The notes: generated by a model from the sequence alone, not told the origin. DNA of 64,000 nt from an uncultured Gammaproteobacteria bacterium (GCA_947259075.1 CAMYKQ010000053.1:3846-67845), one strand, 5' to 3'; shown: positions 8,733 to 18,857, counted from the first letter of the stretch. A program made the numbers and translations.

Positions 8733-9506
8733 CTATTTTCCCCCGTGACTCGCATAAATCTCCCGCAGCTTCGGCACCGCTAAACCGGTCTCATCCGCGT
8801 GCCCCAAGGCGCGTTGCAGACGCGGCAATGCGGTGCGGCCGAGGCAGAGGTGGGCGGGGTCGCCGGCGAAGGCTTCGAGCATGCCTTCGATGAGGCGGTC
8901 GCGGGGAAGGTCGCGATCGGTGAGCCATTCTTGAATGCTGATGATTTCCTCGGCGATTTCGCGGGCGAGGCCTTGATGGTCACGCCATAGTTCGCTGACA
9001 TTGCCGCCGGTGACGAGGCCGGCGATGTTGATCGTGAGGATGTAGACGTTTTTGCGCACCAGTTCGAAGAGCAGTTCATCTTCGCTGGCGAGGACGCGGG
9101 CGGGGATGGCGACGGTGTTCAATGAGGCGCTGAGCGCGGCGGCGTGGGGGCCGTAGGCCGGTGAGGGCAGCAGCACTTTGGGTTCGGCGCCTTTTTTCTT
9201 TTCGAACCACACCGAGATCACGCTGGGTCCGGTGATGCCGTGCGCGCGCCAGTCGCGTGGCAGCAGTTCGTTTTGCAGCAGGCACAGGCGCTCTCGCCAC
9301 GGCGTGGGGATGATGTCCAAACAGGGGTGCAGATCTTTTTCGGCCACGGCCAGGAGCACGAGTTCTGGTTGTGGTATGCGCGCGGCTTCTTGCTGTATGT
9401 CCATGGCGCGGGTGATGGGGTAGACGGGGTGGCCGCCGCGGAGAAAACCGCGGGCGAAGACGGTGCCTAATTCACCCATGCCAATGATGACGACGGGATT
9501 GTGCAT
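8733..9506 (-). CDS. Rossmann-fold hypothetical protein (ketopantoate reductase-like)
   Basis: VIIGMGELG dinucleotide motif; LLQN motif. Confidence 0.65.
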   Translation of the reverse strand: MHNPVVIIGMGELGTVFARGFLRGGHPVYPITRAMDIQQEAARIPQPELVLLAVAEKDLHPCLDIIPTPWRERLCLLQNELLPRDWRAHGITGPSVISVWFEKKKGAEPKVLLPSPAYGPHAAALSASLNTVAIPARVLASEDELLFELVRKNVYILTINIAGLVTGGNVSELWRDHQGLAREIAEEIISIQEWLTDRDLPRDRLIEGMLEAFAGDPAHLCLGRTALPRLQRALGHADETGLAVPKLREIYASHGGK

Positions 9507-9632
9507 GTCGGGTGTTCCTTTAGTGAAAAGTGTTCGTTAGTCGTGCTTGCCTTCCATTTCGCCAGCGAGCGGATATGTGATTCATGTTGGTTAGCGTGCG
9601 GGGTGATGAAATGAGACGGTGCTTGTTTGATT

Positions 9633-9667
9633 CCCTCACCCCGGCCCTCTCCCGGAGGGAGAGGGGG
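9633..9667. repeat. Palindromic extragenic repeat CCCTCACCCC-GCCCTCTCCC..GGGAGAGGG
   Basis: Hairpin; a related copy lies at 50699-50733. Confidence 0.7.
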
Positions 9668-9826
9668 TTTTCGTGCGGGTTGAGTTGTTCCGTGTTCGCC
9701 TTGAGTCTTTCGCTGTTTCGTCGCTTGTTTTGGCCGATGGCCGTAATGAAAAATATAGTAGCTGGAGCAAATATGCCTGCGATTGCGAATTGATAACGGC
9801 GATGTATCAAGAGCGAAAACCCGCGC

Positions 9827-10375
9827 TCAATTCCAGTTGCGCTGCCACAGGACTTCGTGTCCGCCGACTTCGCGGTTGAGCACGCGGGCGAGGACGAAGA
9901 GCAAATCCGAGAGGCGGTTTAAATAAATGAGGGCGTGGCCGTTGACGTCGGCGTGGCGCCGCAAAGTGACTACGCGGCGTTCGGCGCGGCGGCACACGGC
10001 GCGGGCGAGATGGCAGGCCGCCGCCGCGGGGCCGCCGCCGGGCAGGATGAATTCTTTGAGGTGCGGCAAGTCGGCGTTGTGCTGATCGATGGCGCGTTCC
10101 AGGCGTTCAGCATCAGCGGGGGTAATCATGATATGCCCGGGAATGCAGAGCTCGCCGCCGACGTTGAAGAGGTCGTGTTGAATACGGGTGAGGTGGGCGT
10201 GCACGGTGCCGGGGAGTTTGTGCGCCAGCAGCACGCCGATGGCGCTGTTGAGTTCATCCACGGCGCCGAAGGCTTCAACGCGGGCGTCGTCTTTGCTGAC
10301 GCGGCTGCCGTCGCCGAGGCCGGTGCCGCCTTCGTCGCCGGTGCGGGTATAAATTTTTGAAAGCCGGTTTCCCAT
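9827..10375 (-). CDS. pduO: ATP:cob(I)alamin adenosyltransferase (PduO type)
   Basis: KIYTRTGD.G.T, G.VDELNS, FILPGG, RRAER, NRLSD. Confidence 0.93.
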   Translation of the reverse strand: MGNRLSKIYTRTGDEGGTGLGDGSRVSKDDARVEAFGAVDELNSAIGVLLAHKLPGTVHAHLTRIQHDLFNVGGELCIPGHIMITPADAERLERAIDQHNADLPHLKEFILPGGGPAAAACHLARAVCRRAERRVVTLRRHADVNGHALIYLNRLSDLLFVLARVLNREVGGHEVLWQRNWN

Positions 10376-10382
10376 GCGTGCC

Positions 10383-11114
10383 TCAGCCATCGGTTAAGTA
10401 GTATTCGATAGGCAGCACCATATCAAAATGACCGTTTTCCAGCCAGCCCGCCAGGCCGTCGAGTCGGGGGAGCTGGCGCAATACGCGCAGGGCGTCACGG
10501 TCGATGATGCCGTAACCGGAAGAACTGATGAGGTGGATGCCGCTGAGGCGGCCGTCGTGTTCCACCCGCAGACCGACGGCGACGTTGCCTTCCCAGCCGC
10601 GCCGTTTTGCTAGCAGCGGATAGCTGAAATAGGGTGCTACGGCGTCGCGCAGCCGCGTCAATAGATAGCGTTGCACGCTGGCGGGGTCGTGAGCGGCGGC
10701 GGTGTGTTCTGCTTCGCTTGGCGCGGCGGCGTCCATGCCCGCCGCCGTGGCTGCGATTGGATTGATGGCGTGCGGCGGCGCGGCGGTGATGGCCGTTGCG
10801 GCGGCGGGTGTTTGCGCCGTGTTGTTTACCGCGATGGGCAGCGGTGCAATCGAGGCGGCGTCCGGCGCGTCCGGCGCGGGCGTGGCTGGGTGCGATGCGG
10901 ATGCGGCGGTGTTTATCGCAGTGCCCGGGTTTGAGACGGGCGCAGTGGCGGGTGCGACGGCGGCGCCGGCCGCCGCTGCACCGCCGGAATTCAAGGTCAG
11001 CAGCAGCGGCCTCAACCCGGCAGGGTGAGGCGCCGTGCCGTAGTTCCAATACGCGAGCAGTCCCGCATGCAGCGCGAGGGAGAGCGCGAGAAAGCGGGCC
11101 GCGTTCGCGGTCAC
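10383..11114 (-). CDS. tonB: Energy transducer TonB
   Basis: SLALH anchor, Ala/Pro-rich linker, YP.LA.RRGWEG, SSG...D; GTG overlaps the btuB stop. Confidence 0.8.
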   Translation of the reverse strand: MTANAARFLALSLALHAGLLAYWNYGTAPHPAGLRPLLLTLNSGGAAAAGAAVAPATAPVSNPGTAINTAASASHPATPAPDAPDAASIAPLPIAVNNTAQTPAAATAITAAPPHAINPIAATAAGMDAAAPSEAEHTAAAHDPASVQRYLLTRLRDAVAPYFSYPLLAKRRGWEGNVAVGLRVEHDGRLSGIHLISSSGYGIIDRDALRVLRQLPRLDGLAGWLENGHFDMVLPIEYYLTDG

Positions 11115-12928
11115 GAGGCCGGGCTGTAGCGCGCCTCGATGAACAAGGCGCGTCCCATGGTGTTGAAGCCGTCGGCCAGTTCGTAATGCTTGTTGAAGAC
11201 GTTTTCGATCTTGCCGATCAAGCGCCAGTCTGGTTGCAGACGCCATTGCGCCGTGAGGTTCACCAGACCGTAACCGGCATTGTCGACGCTGGAGAAGGCG
11301 GAATCCTTGCGCTGGCTTTGGGTGATGAGGTCGGCGCCCAGTTGATACGCGCCGTGCTGGTACAGCAGCGAGGTGGTGAGGCTGCGTTTGGCGCGGCGCG
11401 GCAGGGCTTCGCCGCTGGTTTCATTTTCCGGGTCTTGCACGATGCCTTCCACGCGCATGCTGAAGGGGTGGAGGTTGATATTGTACGTGACTTCCACGCC
11501 GCGGATGCGCGCCTTGTCGACGTTTTGATTGGCGCCGGGGAGGGGGCCGAGAAAGCCGTCAGGATCGGTGAACTCGATGAGGTCTTCGATGCGGTTGTCG
11601 AAGAGGCTGAACGCGATGTCTTGACGCTCACTGATGCGATGACGCGCGCCCAGTTCGAGATTGCGCGAGGTTTCGGGGTCGAGCGCGGGATTGCCGCCGA
11701 AGCCGTAGCGGTCGGTCGCGTCCGGCGCGCGGAAGGCGGTGCCCGCCGCGGCGGTGAAGCGGGTGCGTTCGCTCAATTGATAGCCGTATTCCACGTCCCA
11801 AGTGGTGTGGCCGCCGAAGCTGTCGTGATCGGTGTAACGCCCGGCCAATAACAGATGATGATCGCCGAAGTGAATATCATCTTGCGCGTAAACCGCCTGC
11901 ACGTCCGTGGTTTCGTCAAAGCCGCTGCCGAAGATGCTGGAGCTGACATCTTCGCGCGAGAGCATCACGCCGGCGGTGAGCAATTGCCGCTCGTCGAGCT
12001 GCATATCGTTTTGCCAGTCGAGTTGATTACGGCGGGTGTGGGCGAAATCGTTGCTTTGGTTTTGGTCGATCTCATCGACGCTTTGGCTGAGTTGCAAGCT
12101 GGTGGCCCAGGTGTCGCGCGGCGTGGCCTTGAGTTTGAGCGAGGTGGCGCTGTTATTGAAATCCTGATCCAGCGGGGTGAGAAAGAAATCGAAATATTCG
12201 GTGTTGCCGCGGGTCTGCCAGCGGCGCAGTTCCACATCCAGCGGCCCGAAGTCGCGGCCGGCGTAAAGATTGAAACTAAGATTGTCGTAACCGCGTTCTT
12301 CGCTGGCGTCTTGGCGGGTGGGGAAACCATCGGTGCTGAGCGCGGCGGCGTCGATACCGGCGCGCGTCACGCCGTCGCCGAGGTGCACGCCGAGGCTTTG
12401 GCTGTGGCTGCCGTAGCGGCCGGCGCCGAAGGCGAAGTATCCGCGCGTGCCCTTGCCGCCTTGACGGGTGATGATGTTGATGACGCCGCCGATGGCCTCG
12501 GAACCGTAGAGGCTGGAGCGCGGGCCCTTCACCACTTCGATGCGCTCGATCATATCGGGACTGATGTTTTGCAGCGCCGCGCCGCCGATGCTGCCGGGAT
12601 TGATCTTGACGCCGTCGATCATCACCAGGGTGTGATTGCTCTCGGTGCCACGCATGAAGATCGAGGTGGCTTGGCCGGGGCCGCCGTTGCGGCCGATGTC
12701 CAAACCCGCGTGCAGGCGCAACAAGTCCGCCGCGTCGCTGGCGCTGCTGCGCTCGATGGTTTCGCGGTCGATGAGAATGACCGGCGCCAGACTTTGATCG
12801 GCGATTTGCGCGGTGCGGGTGGCGGTGACGACGATGGCCGCGGCGCTATCGGCTTGCGCGGCGCAAGCCGCGCCCTGAACGGTGACGCACAACACGGAAA
12901 TGACGGTGATGTTTTTAGATAATGACAT
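11111..12928 (-). CDS. btuB: TonB-dependent vitamin B12 receptor
   Basis: TonB box IVVTATR, RGTESNHTLVMIDG, IERIEVVKGPRSSLYG; downstream of a cobalamin riboswitch. Confidence 0.9.
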   Translation of the reverse strand: MSLSKNITVISVLCVTVQGAACAAQADSAAAIVVTATRTAQIADQSLAPVILIDRETIERSSASDAADLLRLHAGLDIGRNGGPGQATSIFMRGTESNHTLVMIDGVKINPGSIGGAALQNISPDMIERIEVVKGPRSSLYGSEAIGGVINIITRQGGKGTRGYFAFGAGRYGSHSQSLGVHLGDGVTRAGIDAAALSTDGFPTRQDASEERGYDNLSFNLYAGRDFGPLDVELRRWQTRGNTEYFDFFLTPLDQDFNNSATSLKLKATPRDTWATSLQLSQSVDEIDQNQSNDFAHTRRNQLDWQNDMQLDERQLLTAGVMLSREDVSSSIFGSGFDETTDVQAVYAQDDIHFGDHHLLLAGRYTDHDSFGGHTTWDVEYGYQLSERTRFTAAAGTAFRAPDATDRYGFGGNPALDPETSRNLELGARHRISERQDIAFSLFDNRIEDLIEFTDPDGFLGPLPGANQNVDKARIRGVEVTYNINLHPFSMRVEGIVQDPENETSGEALPRRAKRSLTTSLLYQHGAYQLGADLITQSQRKDSAFSSVDNAGYGLVNLTAQWRLQPDWRLIGKIENVFNKHYELADGFNTMGRALFIEARYSPAS

Positions 12929-13054
12929 GCGAGCTGCTTCCTGTTTTTCCCGCGCGCACCCGGCGGGTAATTTTATGGTGGCAGTGAAGGAGGCAGGCCG
13001 CGACGGATTGAAAGGCATCCGCCAGCATCGCCCGCCGCGACACCGTGCTTCGTT

Positions 13055-13255
13055 AACCGCAGGCCGGTCTCCGGGCTTGTGAGTGGATGGCTCCTGACGA
13101 ATCGCCTTCCCGCGCCGTGCGCAGTGGCGTATTGACCCGTCGTGACTCACTTACCGTTGCGGGGGCAGCGCCGGACTTGCTCGTTTGAGGCGAGCGCACC
13201 GGCTTCCCGTTTCATCCCGCGCCATGACTGGCGCAAGACACCTGCTGGTTTGATC
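13055..13255 (-). ncRNA. Cobalamin riboswitch
   Basis: AAACGGGAAGCCGGTG, GCTGCCCCCGCAACGGT, GCCACTG..GGGAAGGC and B12 box AAGCCCGGAGACCGGCC upstream of btuB. Confidence 0.95.
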
Positions 13256-13388
13256 GAGGCCGCACTTTACGGCGGCGGGGCGCGTCGTGTCAAGCCGGTT
13301 CAATCCCGGCTTTGCCGGCGTGATTTAACTGTCATGTGAGTTCGATGGATCAATGTCTTGCGAGCGGAGGCGTGGGTGGTGGTTGTGC

Positions 13389-13415
13389 TCAAGCGATTGA
13401 TGCCGCCGCCGTTAA
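13389..13415 (+). promoter_or_regulatory. Putative sigma-28 (FliA) promoter 1
   Basis: TCAAG-N14-GCCGTTAA versus consensus T(A/C)AAG-N14-GCCGATAA. Confidence 0.55.
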
Positions 13416-13483
13416 CCAGGGTTAAGCGGCGTCGTTTTGAGAATCAGGTAAAGCGGATAGTCATGCGTGATTCTCATAATGGT

Positions 13484-13510
13484 TAAAGGAACGCCGCACG
13501 CTGCCGTTAC
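13484..13510 (+). promoter_or_regulatory. Putative sigma-28 (FliA) promoter 2
   Basis: TAAAG-N14-GCCGTTAC. Confidence 0.6.
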
Positions 13511-13748
13511 AACTAACGTCAGCAAAAAACAGCGGCAAGTGTGTCTGGGTCAGAGAGCCGGACAGGCTTTGGATAAGGAGGACAGTCCGCTTACGGTCAT
13601 GCTCAGGACGAGTGTGAAGGCAGGGACGTGCCGCTAACCGCGCGGTGTCTACGCTAGCACGGGCTCAGCGCGGCGGCTACGCAAGGGTCTGCGGATTTTT
13701 CACCATTGCTTCTGTTTTTGATCAAGAACAGCGAAGAGGAAACTACAT

Positions 13749-14714
13749 ATGAATAAATTTGCAAAAATCATTACATCTGCGGGCTCGGCGGTGTTATTGC
13801 TCAGCGGTACCGCGATGGCGGATCCGCCGGCTGGCACCGCGTTCGATGCCTGGACCGCCGATGGCGCAACCAATACAATCACCTTCGGCGTCGCCTGTCC
13901 TGCAACTTACACCTGCGGCACGCCGGTGACGGGAAGCGGTTTCCTGCAGCGCCAGATCACCGATGGCAGCGGTAACCAATTCTTCCAAACCATCGTCGCA
14001 CCCGAGTCGGGCGCGGTGGGTTCGAAAGCGCCTAGCACCTTGGCCTTCACTGATGAAACCTTTGTCAGGGTTGGTGTCACCGGCATGGCGGGTAAACAGC
14101 GGGCGGTGGATTCCACCGTGTCGGGTCCCGATACCACCGCCGTCAATACCTCGACCATCGTCAATTCAGGCTGGGCGGCGGGCGGCGCGACCTACAAGGA
14201 TTTGGAAATCAGCCAAGCCATCACCGTCACCACCACGGCGACGAGTGAGGTGAGCTTGTATAATGGCTTTACCTTCAATCAAAACGGCACCAGTGCCGCG
14301 CCTACCGGTAAATTCATGGACGTGACTCAAGGCGTGTTGATCTTGGGTGATGGCACTACCACCGATAACTTGGGTGACGATGTGCAGAAATTCGTCATGC
14401 GCGAGGCCTCGGGTAACTTGAATGGCGCTGCCCGTGTCTTGGGCGCCACCCCTGCATTCCCGGGTAGCGGCACGGTCTTGTTGCAGGGCAAGGCCAGTAA
14501 CAACGACCTGGCCTGGTCCGCCACCGATGACGTGAAAGTCATCTGGGTAGGCCAACAGATGGTTGCCTCGGGCGTGGAGTCCTTCCGCTATCAGTTCTAT
14601 GACAACGTCACTTCAGTCGCCGCCGATTCCATTTCGGACTTTGCGGTCGGCTCAGCGAGTCCTTGGACTTGGGTGAACCCGTTCAGCACATTGCCGACCA
14701 TGACCGTTCCGTGA
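13749..14714 (+). CDS. Secreted Thr/Gly/Ala-rich hypothetical protein
   Basis: RBS GAGGA; Sec signal ending AMA; CPATYTC; own terminator. Confidence 0.85.
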   Translation: MNKFAKIITSAGSAVLLLSGTAMADPPAGTAFDAWTADGATNTITFGVACPATYTCGTPVTGSGFLQRQITDGSGNQFFQTIVAPESGAVGSKAPSTLAFTDETFVRVGVTGMAGKQRAVDSTVSGPDTTAVNTSTIVNSGWAAGGATYKDLEISQAITVTTTATSEVSLYNGFTFNQNGTSAAPTGKFMDVTQGVLILGDGTTTDNLGDDVQKFVMREASGNLNGAARVLGATPAFPGSGTVLLQGKASNNDLAWSATDDVKVIWVGQQMVASGVESFRYQFYDNVTSVAADSISDFAVGSASPWTWVNPFSTLPTMTVP

Positions 14715-14782
14715 TGAGCTGAGGTAAACGCTTTACTTGCCGGATTTTTTACCCTACGCAATTGCATGCTTCTTACCGGCTT

Positions 14783-14813
14783 GGGGAGGGGAAACCCTCC
14801 CCCTTCTTTTTTT
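14783..14813 (+). terminator. Intrinsic terminator
   Basis: GGGGAGGG-GAAA-CCCTCCCC followed by a T-run. Confidence 0.8.
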
Positions 14814-14939
14814 AGGGACTTGAAAATTTTCCGCGTTTTCATTTCGCCGTATTCATTGTATTCGTTCGCTCCCGTCTTCTTTTTAATCTTGTTACCATGC
14901 CGGACCTGACTCATTGCGTTATGAAAGGTCTTCGTGCCC

Positions 14940-15896
14940 ATGACCGCGACGTTTTATCGAGACTTGCCTCATGACATCACCGTCATCGACACCGGCTATC
15001 ATCGCCCGGGGTTTGATGCCAGTTATTTAATGCGCGCGGGCGCGGCGGCGGCCTTCGTCGACGTGGGCACTGCGTTCTCCGTGCCGCGGCTATTGCAAGT
15101 GCTCGCGGAGAAAAATATCGCGCGCGAACAAGTGCACTATGTGATGGTGACCCATGTGCATCTCGATCACGCGGGTGGCGCCGGGGTGTTGCTGCGGCAG
15201 CTGCCGCATGCGCGCTTGGTGGTACACCCGCGCGGCGCGGCGCATATGATCGATCCCGCCAAGCTGATCGCCGGGGCGGCGGCGGTGTACGGCGAGACGG
15301 AATTCATGCGCCTCTACGGTGAGATCGCGCCCATCTCCGCGCAGCGGGTCATCGAGGCCGCGGACGATTGGCGCCTGGATTTCAATGGCCGCGAATTAGT
15401 GTTTCTCGACACGCCGGGGCACGCGCGCCATCACTATTGTATTTACGACGCAAGCAGCCGCGGCATATTCACTGGCGACACCTTCGGTTTGTCGTATCGT
15501 GAATTCGATAGCGCGAATGGCCCGTTTATTTTTCCCACCACCACGCCGGTGCAGTTCGATCCCGAGGCGCTGCATGCCTCCATCGACCGCTTGCTGAGTC
15601 TGCAAGCCCAGCGCCTTTACCTCACCCACTACGGTTGCGTGCAAGACCCGCCGCGCCTCGCCGCGCGTTTGCACGAATTGATCGGCCAGTTCGTTGATTG
15701 CGCGCGCGCGGTGCAGGAGACCGGCGCCGCGCGGCAAGCGGCATTGGAGCAGGGCGTATTGCAAATCTTGCTGCGGGCGTTGACCGCGCATGGCTGTGAA
15801 TTGCCGCGAGCACGCGCCGCGGAATTACTGGCGGTGGATGTGCGCCTCAATGCCCAAGGTTTGGCGGTGTGGCTGGAGCGGCAAGCCAAAAGCTGA
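14940..15896 (+). CDS. MBL-fold metallo-hydrolase
   Basis: THVHLDHAGG, TPGHA.HH, FTGD, THYG. Confidence 0.9.
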   Translation: MTATFYRDLPHDITVIDTGYHRPGFDASYLMRAGAAAAFVDVGTAFSVPRLLQVLAEKNIAREQVHYVMVTHVHLDHAGGAGVLLRQLPHARLVVHPRGAAHMIDPAKLIAGAAAVYGETEFMRLYGEIAPISAQRVIEAADDWRLDFNGRELVFLDTPGHARHHYCIYDASSRGIFTGDTFGLSYREFDSANGPFIFPTTTPVQFDPEALHASIDRLLSLQAQRLYLTHYGCVQDPPRLAARLHELIGQFVDCARAVQETGAARQAALEQGVLQILLRALTAHGCELPRARAAELLAVDVRLNAQGLAVWLERQAKS

Positions 15897-15911
15897 TGCC
15901 GCCGCCGCGCA

Positions 15912-16535
15912 TCACGGCGCGGTGCTGAAGCGCGGCGGCAGTGCCGCCAAATCCTCGGGCCGGTCGATGTCGCCGCGTTCGCTGATTAAATTCCAGCGCC
16001 AGTTTAAGGTCTGCAAACGCGCGAGTGTTTCTTCCAAGACGGTGGCGCCGCCCCAGGCGATGTCTTGGAACAAGGCCGGATGGACGCGGCGCAAACCGAT
16101 CAGCCAATACCCCCCGTCCCGCGCCGGACCCAGTACCGCATCCGCGCCGCGGCGCAGCATCGCGGCCGCCTCATGCAAATCAGCCGGGCGCATCGAGGGG
16201 CAATCGCTGCCGCAGAGAATAATATACGGCGCGCGCCTCAGCGCGTTTGCAAATGCCTGTGCCATGCGCGCGCCCAAATCGGCGCCTTGTTGCGTATGCA
16301 GGCTCAGCGGCCAGCGTGCGCTCAGTTCGGTAAATACGGGATGCTGAGTGTCGGGGCTGCACCACAACTCCACGGGATAAAGGCTGGCGCAGGCCGTGGC
16401 GAGGGTGTGGCGCAGCAAGTCTTGATGCAATTCCGCCGCCTTTTCCACGCCGAGGACGGGAATCAAACGGGTCTTTACCTGTCCGGCGATGGGCGCCTTG
16501 GCGAAGACGAGCACGCGCGCATCAGTTGCGTTCAT
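15912..16535 (-). CDS. Arsenosugar/rSAM-associated transferase (TIGR04282/DUF2064-like)
   Basis: FAKAP..G.VKTRL, Q.G.DLG.RM, GSDCP, LGPA.DGGYWLIG, DID..EDL. Confidence 0.88.
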   Translation of the reverse strand: MNATDARVLVFAKAPIAGQVKTRLIPVLGVEKAAELHQDLLRHTLATACASLYPVELWCSPDTQHPVFTELSARWPLSLHTQQGADLGARMAQAFANALRRAPYIILCGSDCPSMRPADLHEAAAMLRRGADAVLGPARDGGYWLIGLRRVHPALFQDIAWGGATVLEETLARLQTLNWRWNLISERGDIDRPEDLAALPPRFSTAP

Positions 16536-17221
16536 GGCGTCCTGCCATTCTTGTCGTAGTCCCGCGCCAAACTTTGCGGGTCGGCGCCGAAAAAGTAGGC
16601 AAGGCGCAGCCGCCACATCAGCAGGATCGTGCGCAGGATGCCCCGTGTTTCCCAGCGGCGGCTGGAGCTGACGACGCGCGCGCGCAGACAGAGCGGGCGG
16701 CCGTGTTGTTTGAGTGTGCGTGACAGGGCGATGTCTTCCATCAGCGCGATGTCGGGGAAGCCGCCCACGCGCTCGAATAGGTCGCGCGCGGCGAAGAGGC
16801 ATTGATCGCCGGTGGCGATGCCGCTGAGACGTGAGCGCAGATTCATCATCGTTTCGATGAGCCGCAGCGCGGGATGCGTGCCGGAGAGGCGCAGATCGAA
16901 TCGGCCCCAGCGCCGTTTGGAATCGGCGAGCGCCGCATTTATCAATTCATCCGCGCCGGGCGGCAAGCAGGTGTCGGCGTGCAAAAACAGCAAGACCGCG
17001 CCGGAGGCCGCGGCGGCGCCCGCGTTCATCTGCCGCGCCCGCCCGCGCGGCGCGTGAATGAGTTGATCGCACAGCGGCGCCGCCAGCGCCGCCGTGCCGT
17101 CTTGGCTGCCGCCGTCGGCGACGATGATCTCGTGACCTGCTTGCCGCAGTGGTTGTAGGCCTTGCAGCGCGGCGCTGATGCCGGCTGCTTCGTTCAGCAC
17201 GGGGATGATGATGGAGATCAT
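16532..17221 (-). CDS. Arsenosugar/rSAM-associated glycosyltransferase family 2 (TIGR04283-like)
   Basis: ISIIIPVLNE, DGGS.D, GRA.QMNAGA, FLHADT, GDQ, MED, SSRRW. Confidence 0.9.
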   Translation of the reverse strand: MISIIIPVLNEAAGISAALQGLQPLRQAGHEIIVADGGSQDGTAALAAPLCDQLIHAPRGRARQMNAGAAAASGAVLLFLHADTCLPPGADELINAALADSKRRWGRFDLRLSGTHPALRLIETMMNLRSRLSGIATGDQCLFAARDLFERVGGFPDIALMEDIALSRTLKQHGRPLCLRARVVSSSRRWETRGILRTILLMWRLRLAYFFGADPQSLARDYDKNGRTP

Positions 17222-17288
17222 GCCTTGCCGCGGGCGAGCGTGATCGGGTGATGAGGTCGCGCGGAGTGCGTGCGTGGGCATGGCCAAT

Positions 17289-17618
17289 TTATTTCGGCGG
17301 CAGACTGGCGACAAAATCTTCGCAGAGGGTGAGCCATTCATTCAATGCCGCGTCCGCCGCGAAGCCGGGCGGCGCGACATGGACGAAGCCCTTCATGGCC
17401 CGGCCGGTGAAGTCCATTTCGCGCGCGTGCGGACGCTGGAGCGCCACCGCATACTGCGTGGGGCCGACGCGGGCCATGAGGCTGTCATTGAGAATGCCGC
17501 AGCACATATGGCCGCGGAGCATGAAGGCGATGCCGCCAAACATTTTCTTTTCCACGATATCGCCGCGCCCGGCGAAGTGTTCACGCACCCGTTGCGCCGC
17601 GCCTTCATCGTAGGCCAT
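17289..17618 (-). CDS. TfoX/Sxy N-terminal domain protein
   Basis: MAYDE, EKKMFGG, M.GFV, SLPPK. Confidence 0.8.
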   Translation of the reverse strand: MAYDEGAAQRVREHFAGRGDIVEKKMFGGIAFMLRGHMCCGILNDSLMARVGPTQYAVALQRPHAREMDFTGRAMKGFVHVAPPGFAADAALNEWLTLCEDFVASLPPK

Positions 17619-17644
17619 GCGTGGGTGTCCTTAAACTTGGCGCA

Positions 17645-18769
17645 TCAACAGCAGGCCGCGCCATCGTCACAACACGCGGCGTAATGCGCGGCACCCTTGG
17701 TTTCAGCCGCATCGCGGCGGGTGCCGCTGGGCGCGCACCAAGGCACGGGTTCTTGCAATGTCGCGGGGGTGATGCCGATGAAGTCGTTCTTCAGCGGGCC
17801 CTCGGTGAGGAATTTAAATGTGCGTTCGCACACCGCCATGCGTTCGCCGCGGGGGAAGTCATGGCCTTCGTCGTCGCGAATAAAGGCATAAGGCCCGCGA
17901 TAGATCACCGCGTGGCCGACATCGAAGCAGGCGGCATCCGAACGCTTGGTGGCAGTGAGTGTCGCGGAGCGGAATTCGATGTCCTCGATAACTTGCCAAG
18001 GCGCGGCGTCCCATTTGTCGTAACTCACCGCGAGAAAACCCGCCGCGGCGAAAGTACTGAGAAACTCCCGTTCCTGAAACGCGCCGGAGAGACAGCCGCT
18101 CCACAAGTCGGGGTCGTCCTTTAAATGTTGCGGCACGGCTTCGTCGCTGATGATGTCGGAGATCGCCACGCGGCCGCCGGGTTTCAAAACGCGGAAGATT
18201 TCCCGCACCAGTTGTTGTTTCTCCGCATCGCCCACCAGATTGAGCACGCAATTGGAGATCACCAGGTCTACCGAGTTGTCGGCGATGAGCGGGCTGTGTT
18301 GGCGTTGCTCGTTCTTCCACGCCTCAAGCCGGGCGAGGTCTTGAGTGTTGCGCACGGGGTGCTGGGCGAGAAAATTTTCCAGCGCGTCCACATCCAAGGC
18401 CAGGTCTTGAATATGGCCCTTGCGGAATTCCACGCGCGCGCCGCCGAGTTTTTGCGTCATCTCGTCTTGATATTTGCGCGCCAGGGCGAGCATGTCCTCG
18501 TTCATGTCCACGCCGATCACGCGCCCGTGTTCGCCCACCAGTTGCGCGGCCATGTAGCACACCTTGCCGCCGCCGCTGCCGAGATCGAGCACGACATCGC
18601 CCGTGCGCACGTAGCGCGACGGGTCGCCGCAGCCGTAATCCTTGTCGATGATTTCCTGCGGCAGCAGCGCCAGCAAGCTGCTGTCGTAATTCACCGGGCA
18701 GCACAGGCTGGGCTGCACGTCCTTGGCGCCTTCGGAGTAGCGCTCGAGTACCGCGGATTGCACGTTCAT
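17645..18769 (-). CDS. arsM: Arsenite methyltransferase-like (ArsM family)
   Basis: LCC, YGCGDP, LDLGSGGG, ISNCVLNL, WSGCLSGA; Cys-rich tail. Confidence 0.72.
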   Translation of the reverse strand: MNVQSAVLERYSEGAKDVQPSLCCPVNYDSSLLALLPQEIIDKDYGCGDPSRYVRTGDVVLDLGSGGGKVCYMAAQLVGEHGRVIGVDMNEDMLALARKYQDEMTQKLGGARVEFRKGHIQDLALDVDALENFLAQHPVRNTQDLARLEAWKNEQRQHSPLIADNSVDLVISNCVLNLVGDAEKQQLVREIFRVLKPGGRVAISDIISDEAVPQHLKDDPDLWSGCLSGAFQEREFLSTFAAAGFLAVSYDKWDAAPWQVIEDIEFRSATLTATKRSDAACFDVGHAVIYRGPYAFIRDDEGHDFPRGERMAVCERTFKFLTEGPLKNDFIGITPATLQEPVPWCAPSGTRRDAAETKGAAHYAACCDDGAACC

Positions 18770-18857
18770 ATACCTCACCTCCAAGAAAAACTAAATTAAT
18801 CTTTTACCGCTACTGCGTCGCGGCGCGCGATTTTTACCGCGGCCTCTCCAATTAATT

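Noticed and set aside
9520-9810. 96-aa minus-strand ORF
   Set aside because: Runs through a palindromic repeat (PLSLRERAGVR is repeat-derived); likely spurious or a remnant
12929-13150. N-terminal extension of btuB in the ORF track
   Set aside because: Overlaps the riboswitch; the start at 12928 gives a proper signal peptide
13619-13690. Possible c-di-GMP-I riboswitch in the leader of the secreted gene
   Set aside because: The GGCAAA/GAAA tetraloop and GCAAAG core are missing; GGA hairpins explain it better
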